Assembly (NCBI GenBank): GCA_963749705.1
Contig: CAVVNQ010000015.1
Location: 64,001-128,000, forward strand
Origin: an uncultured Chloroflexia bacterium
GTDB taxonomy: Bacteria; Chloroflexota; Limnocylindria; Limnocylindrales; CSP1-4
DNA: 64,000 nt
Direction: 5' to 3'
The notes under the pieces are model-generated. The model saw only the letters and a program-made list of their open reading frames with translations. It was not told the DNA's origin and ran no database searches. Shown here piece after piece: positions 40,265-51,104 of the stretch (position 1 is its first letter; every line of letters begins with the position of its first letter). Both the position numbers and the translations under genes were made by a program.

Positions 40265-41530
40265 ATGTCGCCCATCCGCAGGCTGCTCCTCGCAGCCGGT
40301 TCCGTCGGCTTGCTATCCGTTGTGTTCGGGGCGGCCGCGGTCGCCGGCTCACCGTCGTCGATGGAGGCGCTGGGCAAGGCGATCTTCTTCGACGAGAACC
40401 TCTCGATCAATCACAACGAGTCATGCGCGACCTGCCACGGGCCCGACTACGGCTTCACCGGGCCGACTGACCTCATCAACGCGCACGGAGCGGTGTACGA
40501 GGGCTCGATCGCGGGCAGGTTCGGGAACCGCAAGCCCCCCAGCAGCGCGTATGCAGCGCTCAGCCCGATCCTCCATCTCGACCGCCATGGCACCTGGGTC
40601 GGCGGCAACTTCTGGGATGGGCGGGCGACCGGCGAGAAGCTCGGCAACCCCGCCGCGGACCAGGCCCAGGGACCGTTCACCAATCCCGCGGAGCAGGCCC
40701 TGCCGGATTCGGCCTGCGTCGTGTACCAAGTGTCCATGGCCGCGTACGCCGACGACTTCACGTCGGTCTGGAAGATCGACCTGAGCTCGGTGGTCTGGCC
40801 ATCGGGCATCGAGACCACCTGCTCGACCGAAGGCGGGGAGGTCCTCCTGTCCGACGCGGACGAGGCGACCGTCTCGACCGCCTTCGACGACATCGCGCTT
40901 TCGATCGCGGCCTACGAGGGATCGCCGGAGGTCAACGCGTTCTCGTCCAAGTACGACCTGACCTTCGGCGGCAGGGCCAGGCTCACGAAGGAGGAGCAAC
41001 GCGGCCTCGCGCTGTTCCGGGGCAAGGGCGGCTGCACGGCCTGCCATCCGGCCAACGGCAAGCAGGCGCTGTTCACGGACTTCACGTTCGACAACCTCGG
41101 CGTTCCCGCAAACCCCGAGAATCCGGCGCTGCTCGCGGATTCCTCGTACGTCGACGACGGCCTGGGTGCGTACCTCGAGAGCGCCGGCTACCCCGAGTCC
41201 GTGTACCAGGATGAGATGGGCAAGCAGAAGGTCCCCACGCTGCGGAACGTGGGCCTGAGCCCATTGGAAACGTCCACCAAGGCCTACACCCACAACGGGT
41301 ATTTCAAGACGCTCGAGGGGATCGTCCACTTCTACAACACGCGCGACGTCCTGCCGCGATGTGACGGCGCCTACACCGAGGCGGAGGCACTGGCAGCCAA
41401 CTGCTGGCCGGCGCCCGAGGAGTCGATGAACGTCAACCATGACGAGCTCGGCGACCTCGGCCTCAGCGTGGACGACGAGGCCGCGATCGTGGCCTACCTG
41501 AGGACGCTCTCGGACGGCTACGGGAACTGA
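40265..41530 (+). CDS. Secreted di-heme cytochrome c peroxidase / MauG-family protein
   Basis: Signal peptide, LGKAIFFD, CATCH, FWDGRA, CTACH, KVPTLRNV, YTHNG. Confidence 0.92.
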   Translation: MSPIRRLLLAAGSVGLLSVVFGAAAVAGSPSSMEALGKAIFFDENLSINHNESCATCHGPDYGFTGPTDLINAHGAVYEGSIAGRFGNRKPPSSAYAALSPILHLDRHGTWVGGNFWDGRATGEKLGNPAADQAQGPFTNPAEQALPDSACVVYQVSMAAYADDFTSVWKIDLSSVVWPSGIETTCSTEGGEVLLSDADEATVSTAFDDIALSIAAYEGSPEVNAFSSKYDLTFGGRARLTKEEQRGLALFRGKGGCTACHPANGKQALFTDFTFDNLGVPANPENPALLADSSYVDDGLGAYLESAGYPESVYQDEMGKQKVPTLRNVGLSPLETSTKAYTHNGYFKTLEGIVHFYNTRDVLPRCDGAYTEAEALAANCWPAPEESMNVNHDELGDLGLSVDDEAAIVAYLRTLSDGYGN

Positions 41531-41537
41531 CCACCTG

Positions 41538-41574
41538 CGGCGGCGGGAGTCCGATGAGACGGTTCCCGCCGCCG
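41538..41574 (+). terminator. GC-rich hairpin, probable terminator
   Basis: cggcggcggga ... tcccgccgccg directly after the stop codon. Confidence 0.6.
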
Positions 41575-41622
41575 TTCTCCCGAGCGGCGGCTCGAACCGG
41601 TGATCCGGGCTAGATTCGGGGC

Positions 41623-41949
41623 ATGCCCCCGCAGGCGTATGCCCTCGTCACGCTGTTCGCGCTGTGCTCGGTCGCGCTGGGCTGGGCCGCGACCCGGATC
41701 GCGGCTCGCATCGGCGGTCCGGCGACGCGCGCGGCCTACATCATGCCGATCGCGGCCGGCTTCCTCGCCTTCTACCTGATCGGGCACAAGCTGGGGATCG
41801 CCGTGGGACCGGAGGTCTCGCTGTTCGGCTTCCAGGTGTCGCTGTTCGGCGACCTGGCGATCGGCTTCGCGGCCGCGTTGCTGGCGGCGCTGGCCCAGGC
41901 GGGCTGGCTGCGGGTGCGGGCGTCGCAGCGCCCGGACCCCGCGCGCTGA
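41623..41949 (+). CDS. Small membrane protein (3 TM)
   Basis: Hydrophobic ORF with typical codon bias; TAGATT -10 just upstream. Confidence 0.75.
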   Translation: MPPQAYALVTLFALCSVALGWAATRIAARIGGPATRAAYIMPIAAGFLAFYLIGHKLGIAVGPEVSLFGFQVSLFGDLAIGFAAALLAALAQAGWLRVRASQRPDPAR

Positions 41950-41965
41950 CCGGCAGCCGGCAGCC

Positions 41966-42808
41966 TCAACGCCGCAGCGACGGGGGGACTTCGCCGGGAT
42001 CATCGCCGGTGGCGACCGGCAGGCCGGACCGCGACCAGTCGCTGTACGACCCCGGGTAGAGCAGGGGATCGGGCAGCCCGGCGACCCGCATCGCAAGCGC
42101 GTCATGGCAGGCGTTGACACCGCTGCCGCAGGCGACGACGACATCGTTGCCGAGCGCCTCGAAGCGGTCGCGAAGATCCGCGGCCGCTCGAAATCGACCG
42201 CTGGCGTCGAGATTGCCGGCGGTGGGCCGGCTGAGCGCGGTCGGGATGTGGCCGGCGACGGGATCGATCGGCTCGACGTCGCCGCGATAGCGCTCCCGCG
42301 CCCGAGCATCGACGATCGCGAAGTTGCCGAGCCTCGACATCAGCGCCGCCTGGTCGATCGTCCGGGACCAGCGCTCGCGCAGCTGGAGCTTCCCCGGTGC
42401 GGGTGCCGGCACGGTCGTCGTGAGCCCGCCACCGGCCGCGATCCAGGCCTGGATCCCGCCGTCGAGCACCTGGACCTGGTCGTGCCCGAGGTCGTCGAGC
42501 ATCCACCACAGGCGGGCGGCGACCGTGCCGCCGGCATCGTCGTAGGCGACGATGTGGCTCGACGAATCGAAGCCGAGCGCCTCCATCCGCCGGAGGAAGG
42601 TAGCCGGATCCGGCAGCGGGTGACGACCGGGTCCTTCGCTCGCGACGATGTCCGTGTCGAGGTCCACGAATACGGCACCCGGGAGGTGTCCCGCGTCGTA
42701 GTCGCGGCGGCCCTTCGACGGGTCGGACAGCCACCAGCGAACGTCGGCGAGGCGGAGCTCCGGATCGTCGATCCGGGCAAGCAGCTCGCCGGCGGAGATC
42801 AGGCTCAT
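41966..42808 (-). CDS. Tandem-rhodanese sulfurtransferase (SseA/3-MST family)
   Basis: GHLPGA, GRHPLP, AARLWW, LDGG, CGSGV active loop, LYPGSYSDW. Confidence 0.93.
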   Translation of the reverse strand: MSLISAGELLARIDDPELRLADVRWWLSDPSKGRRDYDAGHLPGAVFVDLDTDIVASEGPGRHPLPDPATFLRRMEALGFDSSSHIVAYDDAGGTVAARLWWMLDDLGHDQVQVLDGGIQAWIAAGGGLTTTVPAPAPGKLQLRERWSRTIDQAALMSRLGNFAIVDARARERYRGDVEPIDPVAGHIPTALSRPTAGNLDASGRFRAAADLRDRFEALGNDVVVACGSGVNACHDALAMRVAGLPDPLLYPGSYSDWSRSGLPVATGDDPGEVPPSLRR

Positions 42809-42982
42809 GGCCGGACAGTCTAGGGGAGTGCGGCGGCGGGGCCGTGGTTCGGCGGCGACGAAGCCCTGGTTGAGCGGCGCCGGGTACGCGTTGGAACGGG
42901 CGCGCCGGCTCCTGCTATCCTCTGCCGCGGCGCCGCGACGGCGCCCCCGGCGGGTCGGGTCTTCGCCTCGGCCGCCATTCGC

Positions 42983-43057
42983 TCCGGCGTAGCTCAGTGG
43001 TAGAGCGGGTGACTGTTAATCACTTGGTCGTAGGTTCGAATCCTACCGCCGGAGCCA
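42983..43057 (+). tRNA. tRNA-Asn (GTT)
   Basis: TCCGGCG acceptor stem, AGCTCAGTGGTAGAGC D arm, GGTGA-CTGTTAA-TCACT anticodon arm, GGTTCGAATCC T arm, encoded CCA; extended -10 TGcTATCCT upstream. Confidence 0.97.
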
Positions 43058-43234
43058 ACTTGCTCACCCTGTCCGATCGGCCAACAACAACACACCGTTG
43101 TCGGATCCTCGTCCGCCAGAGGGCGGCGGCGTGCTCCTCGCTGCCGTCTACCGTGTCCCGGTCGAGCAGGTCGCGCACCCAGGCGACGCACGCCGGCATG
43201 TGACGGGCACCCCCCGGACGCTCCGCAACGCTTC

Positions 43235-43849
43235 TCAGCAGTAGTCGGTGAAGCCGTGGAGGGGCTGCCGGCCGGTCAGCACCAGGTAGCCCGCCAGGAG
43301 ATCGTCGCAGCTGTTCTGGTAGATGCGGACCATCGCGATCGGCCGGTCGATGAGGCCCCACACCATGATCTCCGCGGCCTGCTCGGTGCCGTTCTCGTGC
43401 CACGGGGCCTTCTCATAGTCCCGCCAGTAGGTCCAGCCCCGCAACGCCCGGAACCGCGCCCTGGTCTCCTCGGTGAGGGTGTGGTCGGCCCAGGCATGGG
43501 CGGTCTCATGGAGGATCATCACCTGGGTGCCGAAGTCCAGGCTCGTGGTGCACAGCTCGATCACGTTCAGCGCGCCGTCGGGGTGCTGCAGGCCGTCGCG
43601 GCCGTTGCACGGCGACATGTTGCCGTCGTGGTAGCGGTAGCGAATGGGAGGAAGCTCCAGGCCGGCCTCGGCGAACAGGGCGACCGCCCAATGCGCCCAG
43701 GTGGCAAGCTGGTCGGGCATGTCGACCAGCTCGAGCGAACCGGGTTGAGGGGCCGCAGGAGCTACGGCAGCGGCCGTGGCGCCGGTGCCGAGGGCGACGA
43801 GGGCGACGAGGGCGATGATGGCAACTGCGCGTGTGAGATGGTTCCGCAT
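43235..43849 (-). CDS. Secreted protein with HExxH zinc-metallopeptidase motif
   Basis: Signal peptide AIIALVALVALGTGATA; ILHETAHAW and downstream E..AE. Confidence 0.7.
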   Translation of the reverse strand: MRNHLTRAVAIIALVALVALGTGATAAAVAPAAPQPGSLELVDMPDQLATWAHWAVALFAEAGLELPPIRYRYHDGNMSPCNGRDGLQHPDGALNVIELCTTSLDFGTQVMILHETAHAWADHTLTEETRARFRALRGWTYWRDYEKAPWHENGTEQAAEIMVWGLIDRPIAMVRIYQNSCDDLLAGYLVLTGRQPLHGFTDYC

Positions 43850-43980
43850 GGCGCGGACCATCCGACCGGCGACTTCATGCCCACGTGTGAAGCGCTCAAG
43901 GGAAGCTTTGCGAGCCTAAAGGCGGCCTTAAGTCGCGGGTTCCAGGCTCTGCGACTCGGTTCGTGAGAGGAAGCGGGATC

Positions 43981-46900
43981 GTGGAGTTCAGGGTTCTCGG
44001 ACAGCTCGGGATCGTCGACGGTCATCGTCCGATCACACTTGGTTCGCACAAGCAGCGGTCGTTGCTCGCCCTCCTCCTCATCAACCACGGCTCCGTGCTG
44101 TCTGCGGATCGGCTCCTCGACGAGCTGTGGGGTGACGAGGCCTCGGATCGTCAGAACGCACTGTGGGTGCACGTCTCCAACCTGCGGACGGCGCTGGAGC
44201 CGGATCGGGAGGCCAGGTCGGAGGGGTCCATCGTTCGCACCCGAGCGCCCGGGTACATCCTCGACGTCGACGGGGAGCAGATCGACGCGGTTCGGTTCGA
44301 GCACCTGGTCGACGACGGGCGCGCACTGTTGGGCGAGGACCCGGAGGCGGCGTCGGCGACCCTGCGCGGCGCCCTGGAGCTGTGGCGGGGACGGGCCTAC
44401 GAGGAGCTCACCTACGAGGCGTTCGCCCAGGCAGAGATCAGCCGGCTCGACGAGCTGCGTCTCGAAGCCGTCGAGGCTCGTATCGAGGCGGATCTCGCAC
44501 GAGGGCGCGACCGCGAGCTGGTGTCGGAGCTCCAGAGCCTGACCAGGCAGCATCCGTTGCGGGAACGGTTCACCGCCCAGCTCATGCTCGCCCTGTATCG
44601 CGCTGGTCGCCAGTCCGAGGCGCTGCGCGCCTATCAGGAGCTGCGGTCGCGGCTGGGGAGAGAGCTCGGCATCGACCCTTCCCCCGAGGTCAAAGGATCT
44701 CGAGGGCAGGATCCTCACCGAGGATCCCTCGCTGCTGGGCGCGAGTCGCCGATCGGCGGTCGGGGTCGAGCCGGGGCTGGTCATCCGCGGCTACGAGATC
44801 CGGGAGCAGCTGCCGCTGGGCGGCGTGGGCACGGTGTACCGGGCGTTCCAGCCGGCCGTGGGACGGGAGGTGGCGATCAGGGTCATCCCGTCGGCGCTCG
44901 CCGACGATCCCGGATTCATCAGGCGCTTCGAGGGTGACGCCCGGCTCGTCGCCGCACTCGAGCACCCGCACGTCGTGCCGCTCTACGACTTCTGGCGCGA
45001 GCCCGGCGCCGCCTACCTCGTGACCCGGCTCACGCACGGCGGCACGCTGGCCGACGTCGTGGCCCGCAGCGCGCTGCCCGAGGCCGACGCCGCTGGGGTT
45101 CTCGGACAGGTGGCCGGCGCCCTGCGCGCCGCCCACGATGGTGGCGTCGTCCATGGCGCCATCGGGCCTGAGCAGGTGGCGCTCGATGCCGACGGCAACG
45201 CCTATCTGGCCGGTCTCGGGCTGCGGGCGGCGGCTACGGCCGCGCACGCGGTGGGGCCGACCACCGCCCCGGAGGTGATCGACGGATCGCCGCCGACGCC
45301 TGCTTCGGATGTGTATGCGCTGGGCGTGGTGGTCGCCCAATGCCTGACGGGCCTCACCGGGCGCATCGAGCAGGTCGAGGGCGCGTTGCCGCGCTCGGTG
45401 GCCGCGGTGGTCGCATCCGCAACCAACCCCGATCCTGCACGCCGACCGTCGGCCATCGACTTCGCTATGGCCTTCGCAACGGCCACCCAGCCGGGCGCCG
45501 CAACGGCGCCGTTGCCCGACGTCGAGGTGGAGAACCCGTACCGCGGCCTCGCCGCATTCGCCGCCGCGGATGCCGCCGTGTTCCTCGGCCGGCAACGAGT
45601 CGTCGACCGGCTGGTGGCTCGCCTCGGGCAACCGGGGGCGGCGGGGCAGATCATCGCCCTGGTTGGTCCCAGCGGGAGCGGGAAGTCGAGCGTGGTTCAG
45701 GCCGGGCTGCTGCCTGCCCTGGCGGACAACGCCCTCCCCGGCTCCGCACAGTGGTTCGTCACGTCGGCGGTGCCGGGGCGGCAACCGTTCGAGGCACTGG
45801 AGGCGGCATTGCTGCGGGTGGCGATCGATCCGCCGCCAACGCTCTACGAGCAGCTCTCGTCCGGGGAGAACGGGCTGCGCCGGGCGGTGCGCCGGGTCCT
45901 CCCCGATGACGGCTCGCAGCTGCTGCTCGTCGTCGATCAGTTCGAGGAGCTGTTCACGCTGACCGACCCGCAGGAGGCGGCGGCGTTCCTCGATGCCCTG
46001 GCCGGGGCCGTCGCCGACGCCCACAGCAGGGTGCGGGTCGTCGCCACGCTCCGTGCCGACTTCTACGACCGGCCGCTCCAACACCGGCGCTTCGGCGAGC
46101 TGCTGCGCGAGGGAACCGAGGTCATCACCCCGATGTCCCCGGAGGAGCTCGAGCAGGCCATCAGCGGTCCGGCGGAGCCGCTCGGCGTTCACTTCGCACC
46201 TGCCGTCGTCGCCGACATCGTGCACGAGGTCGAGGGCCGCCCAGGCGCCCTGCCGTTGCTCCAGTACGCCCTCACCGAGCTGTTCGAAGCGCGGGCCGGG
46301 TCGATCATCACCTCGGAGACCTATCGCCAGATCGGCGGCGTCACCGGTGCGCTGGCGTTGCGGGCCGAGGCGCTGTTCGCCGAATGCGACGAGCGCGAGC
46401 AGCTGGCCGCCCGGCAGGTGTTCCTCCGCCTCGTCACCCTCGGCGAGGGCGCCCTCGACACGAGGCGGCGGGTGCTGGTCTCCGAGCTCGACGACCTGCC
46501 GCTCCATCCGCTCGCGGTGCGGGCGGTGCTCGATCGGTTCTCCGCCCACCGGCTGCTCACCTTCGACCGGGACCCGGTGACGCGTGGACCGACGGTGGAG
46601 ATCTCCCACGAGGCGCTGCTGACCGAGTGGGACCGGCTGCAGGGATGGATCGACGGCGCCCGCGAGGACGTGCGCAACCAGCGCCGCCTCGCCGACGCCA
46701 TGGGGGAGTGGGCCGGCTCGGGACGACGCGACGACCTGTTGCTCTCCGGCGGCCGGCTCGCCCGCTTCACCGCCTGGGCGGCGGACGCCGATGTCCAGCT
46801 CGCCAGCGGGGAACGGGGATTCCTCGATGCCAGCATCGAGCTCGCCGAACGGGCCGAACGCCTCGAACTGGAGCGTGAGTCGCAACGGGTCGCCGCCCAG

Positions 46901-48706
46901 CGCCAGGCTCGGCAGCGGCTGCGGCTGACGGCGGTCGCCGGCGTGGCCGCGGTGATCGTCGGTGCGCTCGCCGTCGTCGCCTTCCTCCAGCGACAAGCCG
47001 CCCAGGGCTCAGAGCGCCAGGTCACCGCCACCCTGCGGGCGAACGATCTCGCCACGTCGTCACGACTCGTGCTCCGGGACGACGTGCGCCTCGCCCTGCG
47101 CCTGGCGATCGAGTCGGCCGGGGCCACCACCGAGTTCGGGGTGGTCACCCCGGAGGCGATGGATGCCCTCCACTGGGCGGTCCAGGAGGCCAACATCGTG
47201 TACCCGGCCGGCGACACGACGCCGGTCGCCGTCCGTCCCGGGCCGCGCAGCCTCACCGGCGTGTATGCACTGCCACCCAACGAGCTCATCGCGCTCGCCC
47301 AGTCGGGCCCGGTCGGGTCATACCTCGGCGATCAGTGCCCGACCTACCTCGGCACCGAGGAATGTCCGGACCCGCTGCGCAGCTTCCCGGCCGGGTTGTC
47401 GATCGCCGGCGGCGACGAAGCCTATGGGGTGGTGCAACCCAAACCGGGGACCCTCACCGGGGCGAAGGTGGAGCTCGTCTCCGACTTCACGGTGAGCAAC
47501 GAGGACCTGGCATCCGAGCTGAGGTCGCTCGAAGGCCTCACCGGCATCGTCGTGTCACACCGCGCCGCACCCGTGTGGGACGAGCTCAGCTCGCGAAAGG
47601 ACGCCAACGACCCGTTCCCCGATCTGATCATGGGGGGGTATCCCACGCAGCTCGCCGATTGGCGGTCCGACGGGCTGATCGACCTCTCGTCGTACCTTGA
47701 CATGAGCCGGATCCGGTCCGACTTCGGGGCGAACCAGGTGAAGCTGGGCTCCATCGACGGTGGCTACTACATGCTGCCCGTCGCCAGCGACATGAAGGGC
47801 ATGGTCTACTACCCCAAGGCCGCGTTCGAGGCGGCCGGCTACCGCGTCCCGCAGACGTGGGACGAGCTGCTGGCGCTGTCGCGGCAGATGGTCGCCGACG
47901 GGCGCACGCCGTGGTGCTTCGCCTGGGAGGACGGCGGGGGTTCGGGCTGGCCGGGCACCGATCTGCTGGAGACCCTCGTGCTCCGCGTGGGGGGGACCGA
48001 CGCCTACGACGCGTGGATCGCCCACACGATCCCGTTCGACGCCCCGGTCATCCGCCAGGCCGGCCAGATGGCATCGACCCTGCTCCTCAGCGACGGGTTC
48101 GTGCGCGGCGGAGCGGGGGCCATCAGCAGCACGCCCGTCTTCGACAGCCTCGCTCCACTCCTGGAGGACGAGCCCGGGTGCTGGATGGTGCTCCAGTCGA
48201 GCCTCATGCTGACGACCCGACCCGACGTCAACAGCGTGGCCGGCAGGAGCCTCGATTGGTTCCCGTTCCCGCCGATCGAGCGGGGCTCGGACGTCATGCC
48301 GCAGTACGGGGGCTCCAGCTACGTGCTGGCATTCAACGACCGTCCCGAGGTGCGTGCGTTCATCTCGCACGTCGCCTCGCCACAGTGGGGCCGGGTGTGG
48401 GCTGCGACGGCGACCACGTTCGTCTCGCTGAACGACCGCTTCGACGTCCGGCAGTACGGAGGGGCGGTCTCGGCGGCGCCGGCCGGGGTCCTCCGGTCGA
48501 TCGGCGAGGCCGCGCGGGAGGCGATCGCTGCCGGGGTGTGGCGCTACGACGCCTCCGACCTCATGCCGGGCGCGATCGGGCTGTACGACGACAACGGCAA
48601 CCCCGGTGCGTTCTTCACCGGCATGCTCGATGTCGTCGACGGCCGCAGGACGATGGACCAGATGCTCACCGACGTCGAGGCGAAGTGGCAGTCGCTCGGC
48701 GGGTGA
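43981..48706 (+). CDS. SARP/BTAD regulator fused to pseudokinase, STAND NTPase, TM helix and sugar-binding domain; one apparent +1 frameshift at 44692-44694
   Basis: FRVLGQL..KQRSLLALL (wHTH), ALELWRG..HPLRE..LYRAGRQSEAL (BTAD), kinase-like GGVGTVYRA, NPYRGL..GPSGSGKSS..VVDQFEELF (nSTAND1), TM, TWDELL..TPWC..GWPGTD (SBP). Confidence 0.9.
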
Positions 48707-48800
48707 CCAGGCGACGAACCGGCCAGGGGCGACCGCACCCGGCTGAGCGGTTGACCACTGCAAGGGGCAAGGCACGCGCCGCTGGCCACATCCTCCATGC

Positions 48801-48814
48801 GACACCTATGTGTC
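48801..48814. promoter_or_regulatory. Palindromic operator of the TA promoter
   Basis: gacac-ctat-gtgtc ~25 bp upstream of the antitoxin start. Confidence 0.5.
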
Positions 48815-48839
48815 CACATCACTGTGCTAGTGTGTCCTC

Positions 48840-49100
48840 ATGGCTGACGTCGGGATCCGGGAGCTGAAGCAGCACCTGTCCGAGTACCTGGATCGGGCGG
48901 AACGGGGCGAGACCCTGCGCGTCACCGACCGGGGGCGACCGAAGGCGATGCTCGGACCGGTGCCGGGGCGTGGGCGTATCGAGGACGGGATCCGCACCGG
49001 CTGGATCACGCCCGGCTCCGGCGCGCCGCTCGGTCGGGTGCAGCGCTCGAAGGCGGCGAGTCGGGTGCTGGACGTGCTGGCCGAGGACCGCGGCGAGTGA
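48840..49100 (+). CDS. Type II antitoxin, Phd/YefM family
   Basis: VGIRELKQHLSEYL..GETLRVTDRGRPKA. Confidence 0.92.
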   Translation: MADVGIRELKQHLSEYLDRAERGETLRVTDRGRPKAMLGPVPGRGRIEDGIRTGWITPGSGAPLGRVQRSKAASRVLDVLAEDRGE

Positions 49101-49501
49101 GCACCTACGTTGACTCGAGCGCCTTGCTCAAGCGCTACGTGGAGGAGGCCAATTCGGCCGCCGCGGACGCCCTGCTGCGAGCCGGAGGTGAGCTCCTGAC
49201 GGCCCGACACACGATCGTCGAGGTCCGCCGCAACCTCGCTCGCCTGCTGTCGGGCGGCCCGCTTGCCACGGCCAGACGCGCGTTTGCCGAAGACCTGCGT
49301 TCCTTCTCGATCATCGAGCTCGACGAGGCGACCTGCGAGTCGGCCGCCACGATCGCGGAGACCACCGGCGTCAGAACGCTCGATGCCCTCCATCTCGCAG
49401 CCGCGCAACGCGTCTCCGCACCCGGGGTCGGCTTCCTGACCTTCGATCTGCGCCAGGCGCAGGCAGCCCGCGGCCTTGGCCTGACGGTCGTGACTGCCTG
49501 A
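49097..49501 (+). CDS. vapC: Type II toxin, VapC PIN domain
   Basis: YVDSSALLKRYVEE, RTLDALHLAAA, FLTFD; GTGA overlap with the antitoxin. Confidence 0.93.
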   Translation: MSTYVDSSALLKRYVEEANSAAADALLRAGGELLTARHTIVEVRRNLARLLSGGPLATARRAFAEDLRSFSIIELDEATCESAATIAETTGVRTLDALHLAAAQRVSAPGVGFLTFDLRQAQAARGLGLTVVTA

Positions 49502-49630
49502 CCGAAGCAGGCGCCTGGACGGACGCGGAGAAGCCACCTCGCGCGGGTAGACCGCCGATCAGCAGGCGACTCCCTCGACTGTCACTGATCGAGGCGAGCC
49601 CAACTGCCTCCCGGATCTGGAGCAGACCGC

Positions 49631-50278
49631 TCAAGCCCCTGCGCGCGTGAAGGTCATATGGACAACGCCACCCGGCGAGGCCGTGGCCTCGACCGCGTAG
49701 TCGTCCTCGAGCTTCTCGAGATCGTCCCACAGGCGCACGCCCCGACCGAGGAGGATCGGCACCACGACCACGTGCAAGTGGTCAACAAGTCTCGCGGCGA
49801 GGAACTCGCGAATGGTGGTGGGGCCCCCGCCGATCCGGACGTCCTTGCCACCTGCCGCCGCACGTGCCGCCCTGAGTGCCTCTGCCGGTGTCGCGTCGAG
49901 GAAATGAAACGTCGTGCCGCCCTCCATCTCGATCGGCGGCCGTGAGTGGTGGGTCAGGACGAACACGGGGGTGTGGAACGGCGGGTTCGGACCCCACCAA
50001 CCCTTCCAATCGGGGTCGTCGTGCCATCCCGGATAGCCGTACTTGCCGGCCCCCATGATCTCGGCCCCCACACCGACGTCGTGCAGCCGCAGGAATGCGT
50101 CGTCGATGCCGCGGCTTCCGCCCGGCTCGCCGACCAGCTCGTGCCACCACCGTGTCCGGAACATCCACTCATGGAGCCGCTCGCCGGCATGCCCGAACGG
50201 GGCGTCGCGGCTCAGCCCCTCACCGGTGCCGAAGCCATCGAGCGAGATGGAGAAGAACTGGACCCGCGCGAGCGACAT
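49631..50278 (-). CDS. Dihydrofolate reductase-like (RibD C-terminal) protein
   Basis: SISLDGF, IMG, PVFVLTH, IGGGPT, PILLGRG. Confidence 0.9.
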   Translation of the reverse strand: MSLARVQFFSISLDGFGTGEGLSRDAPFGHAGERLHEWMFRTRWWHELVGEPGGSRGIDDAFLRLHDVGVGAEIMGAGKYGYPGWHDDPDWKGWWGPNPPFHTPVFVLTHHSRPPIEMEGGTTFHFLDATPAEALRAARAAAGGKDVRIGGGPTTIREFLAARLVDHLHVVVVPILLGRGVRLWDDLEKLEDDYAVEATASPGGVVHMTFTRAGA

Positions 50279-50361
50279 GACGCGTGCTCCTTGCTTCGGG
50301 TAGCCGTCGGGTGGCGTGGGATGACGCTATACTGAGTGAGCGTCCATACTTATACTGGAGT

Positions 50362-50964
50362 ATGAACTTGTCAAGCAGCCCGGGTCGCCGCGAGCGGAAG
50401 AAGCGCGAGACGCGGCAACGCATCCTTGACCGCGCGGTTGCCCTGTTCGCGGCCCAGGGCTACGACGCCACGACGATGGACGAGATCGCGGCGTCGGCGG
50501 ACTTCGCGCGGGCCACCGTGTTCAACTTCTTCCCCCGCAAGTCGGACCTGGTCCTCGCCTGGTTCGAGGACCGCCGCGCCGAGCTGGCAAGCCGTATCGC
50601 CGCAGGCACGGCGGATGCGACCCAGACCTCGACGCAGCTGGCATTCGCGCTCCGGGTGATCGCGCAGATGTTCGAGCATGATCCCCGAACCGGGCGCGCG
50701 ATGGCCCGAGCGTGGCTCCAGGCCGGCGGCGCGCTCCTGGCCCCGGAATCCGACACGTCACGGATGTTCGCGGACATGATCCGGGCAGGCCAGGAGCGGG
50801 GTGATGTCGACCCCCGGATCGACGCCGACCGAGCCGGACTCGTGCTGTTCGACGCGTACCTCGGCGTGCTCTACCGCTGGGCATCGCGCGAGGAGGGGAT
50901 GGCCGGACTCGGTTCCGACCTGGATGCCACGCTTGATGTCCTCATGACCGGCATCTCGAGGTAG
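50362..50964 (+). CDS. TetR family regulator
   Basis: RERKKRETRQRIL..LF..GYDATTMDEIA..ATVFNFFPRK; atact-gg-agtat palindrome at the start. Confidence 0.93.
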   Translation: MNLSSSPGRRERKKRETRQRILDRAVALFAAQGYDATTMDEIAASADFARATVFNFFPRKSDLVLAWFEDRRAELASRIAAGTADATQTSTQLAFALRVIAQMFEHDPRTGRAMARAWLQAGGALLAPESDTSRMFADMIRAGQERGDVDPRIDADRAGLVLFDAYLGVLYRWASREEGMAGLGSDLDATLDVLMTGISR

Positions 50965-51104
50965 GCGGCGATCCGCCGGCCACGCTCCCGTTCCCGCGAG
51001 AGCTTGCGCCACCGTCGGGGCTCTGCTTCATGACCCTGGGTACGGAAGGGTGCTGCGCCCGCGGCGATGCCGGTGCTCGCCGCGCCGTCGTTGGCGTTCC
51101 CTGC

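Noticed and set aside
43058-43230. Prophage/ICE attL with integrase at tRNA-Asn
   Set aside because: No recombinase ORF and no repeat of the tRNA 3' end spotted in the window
44825-45500. Active Ser/Thr protein kinase gene
   Set aside because: Catalytic Lys, HRD and DFG are all substituted, and it is an internal domain of the larger fusion
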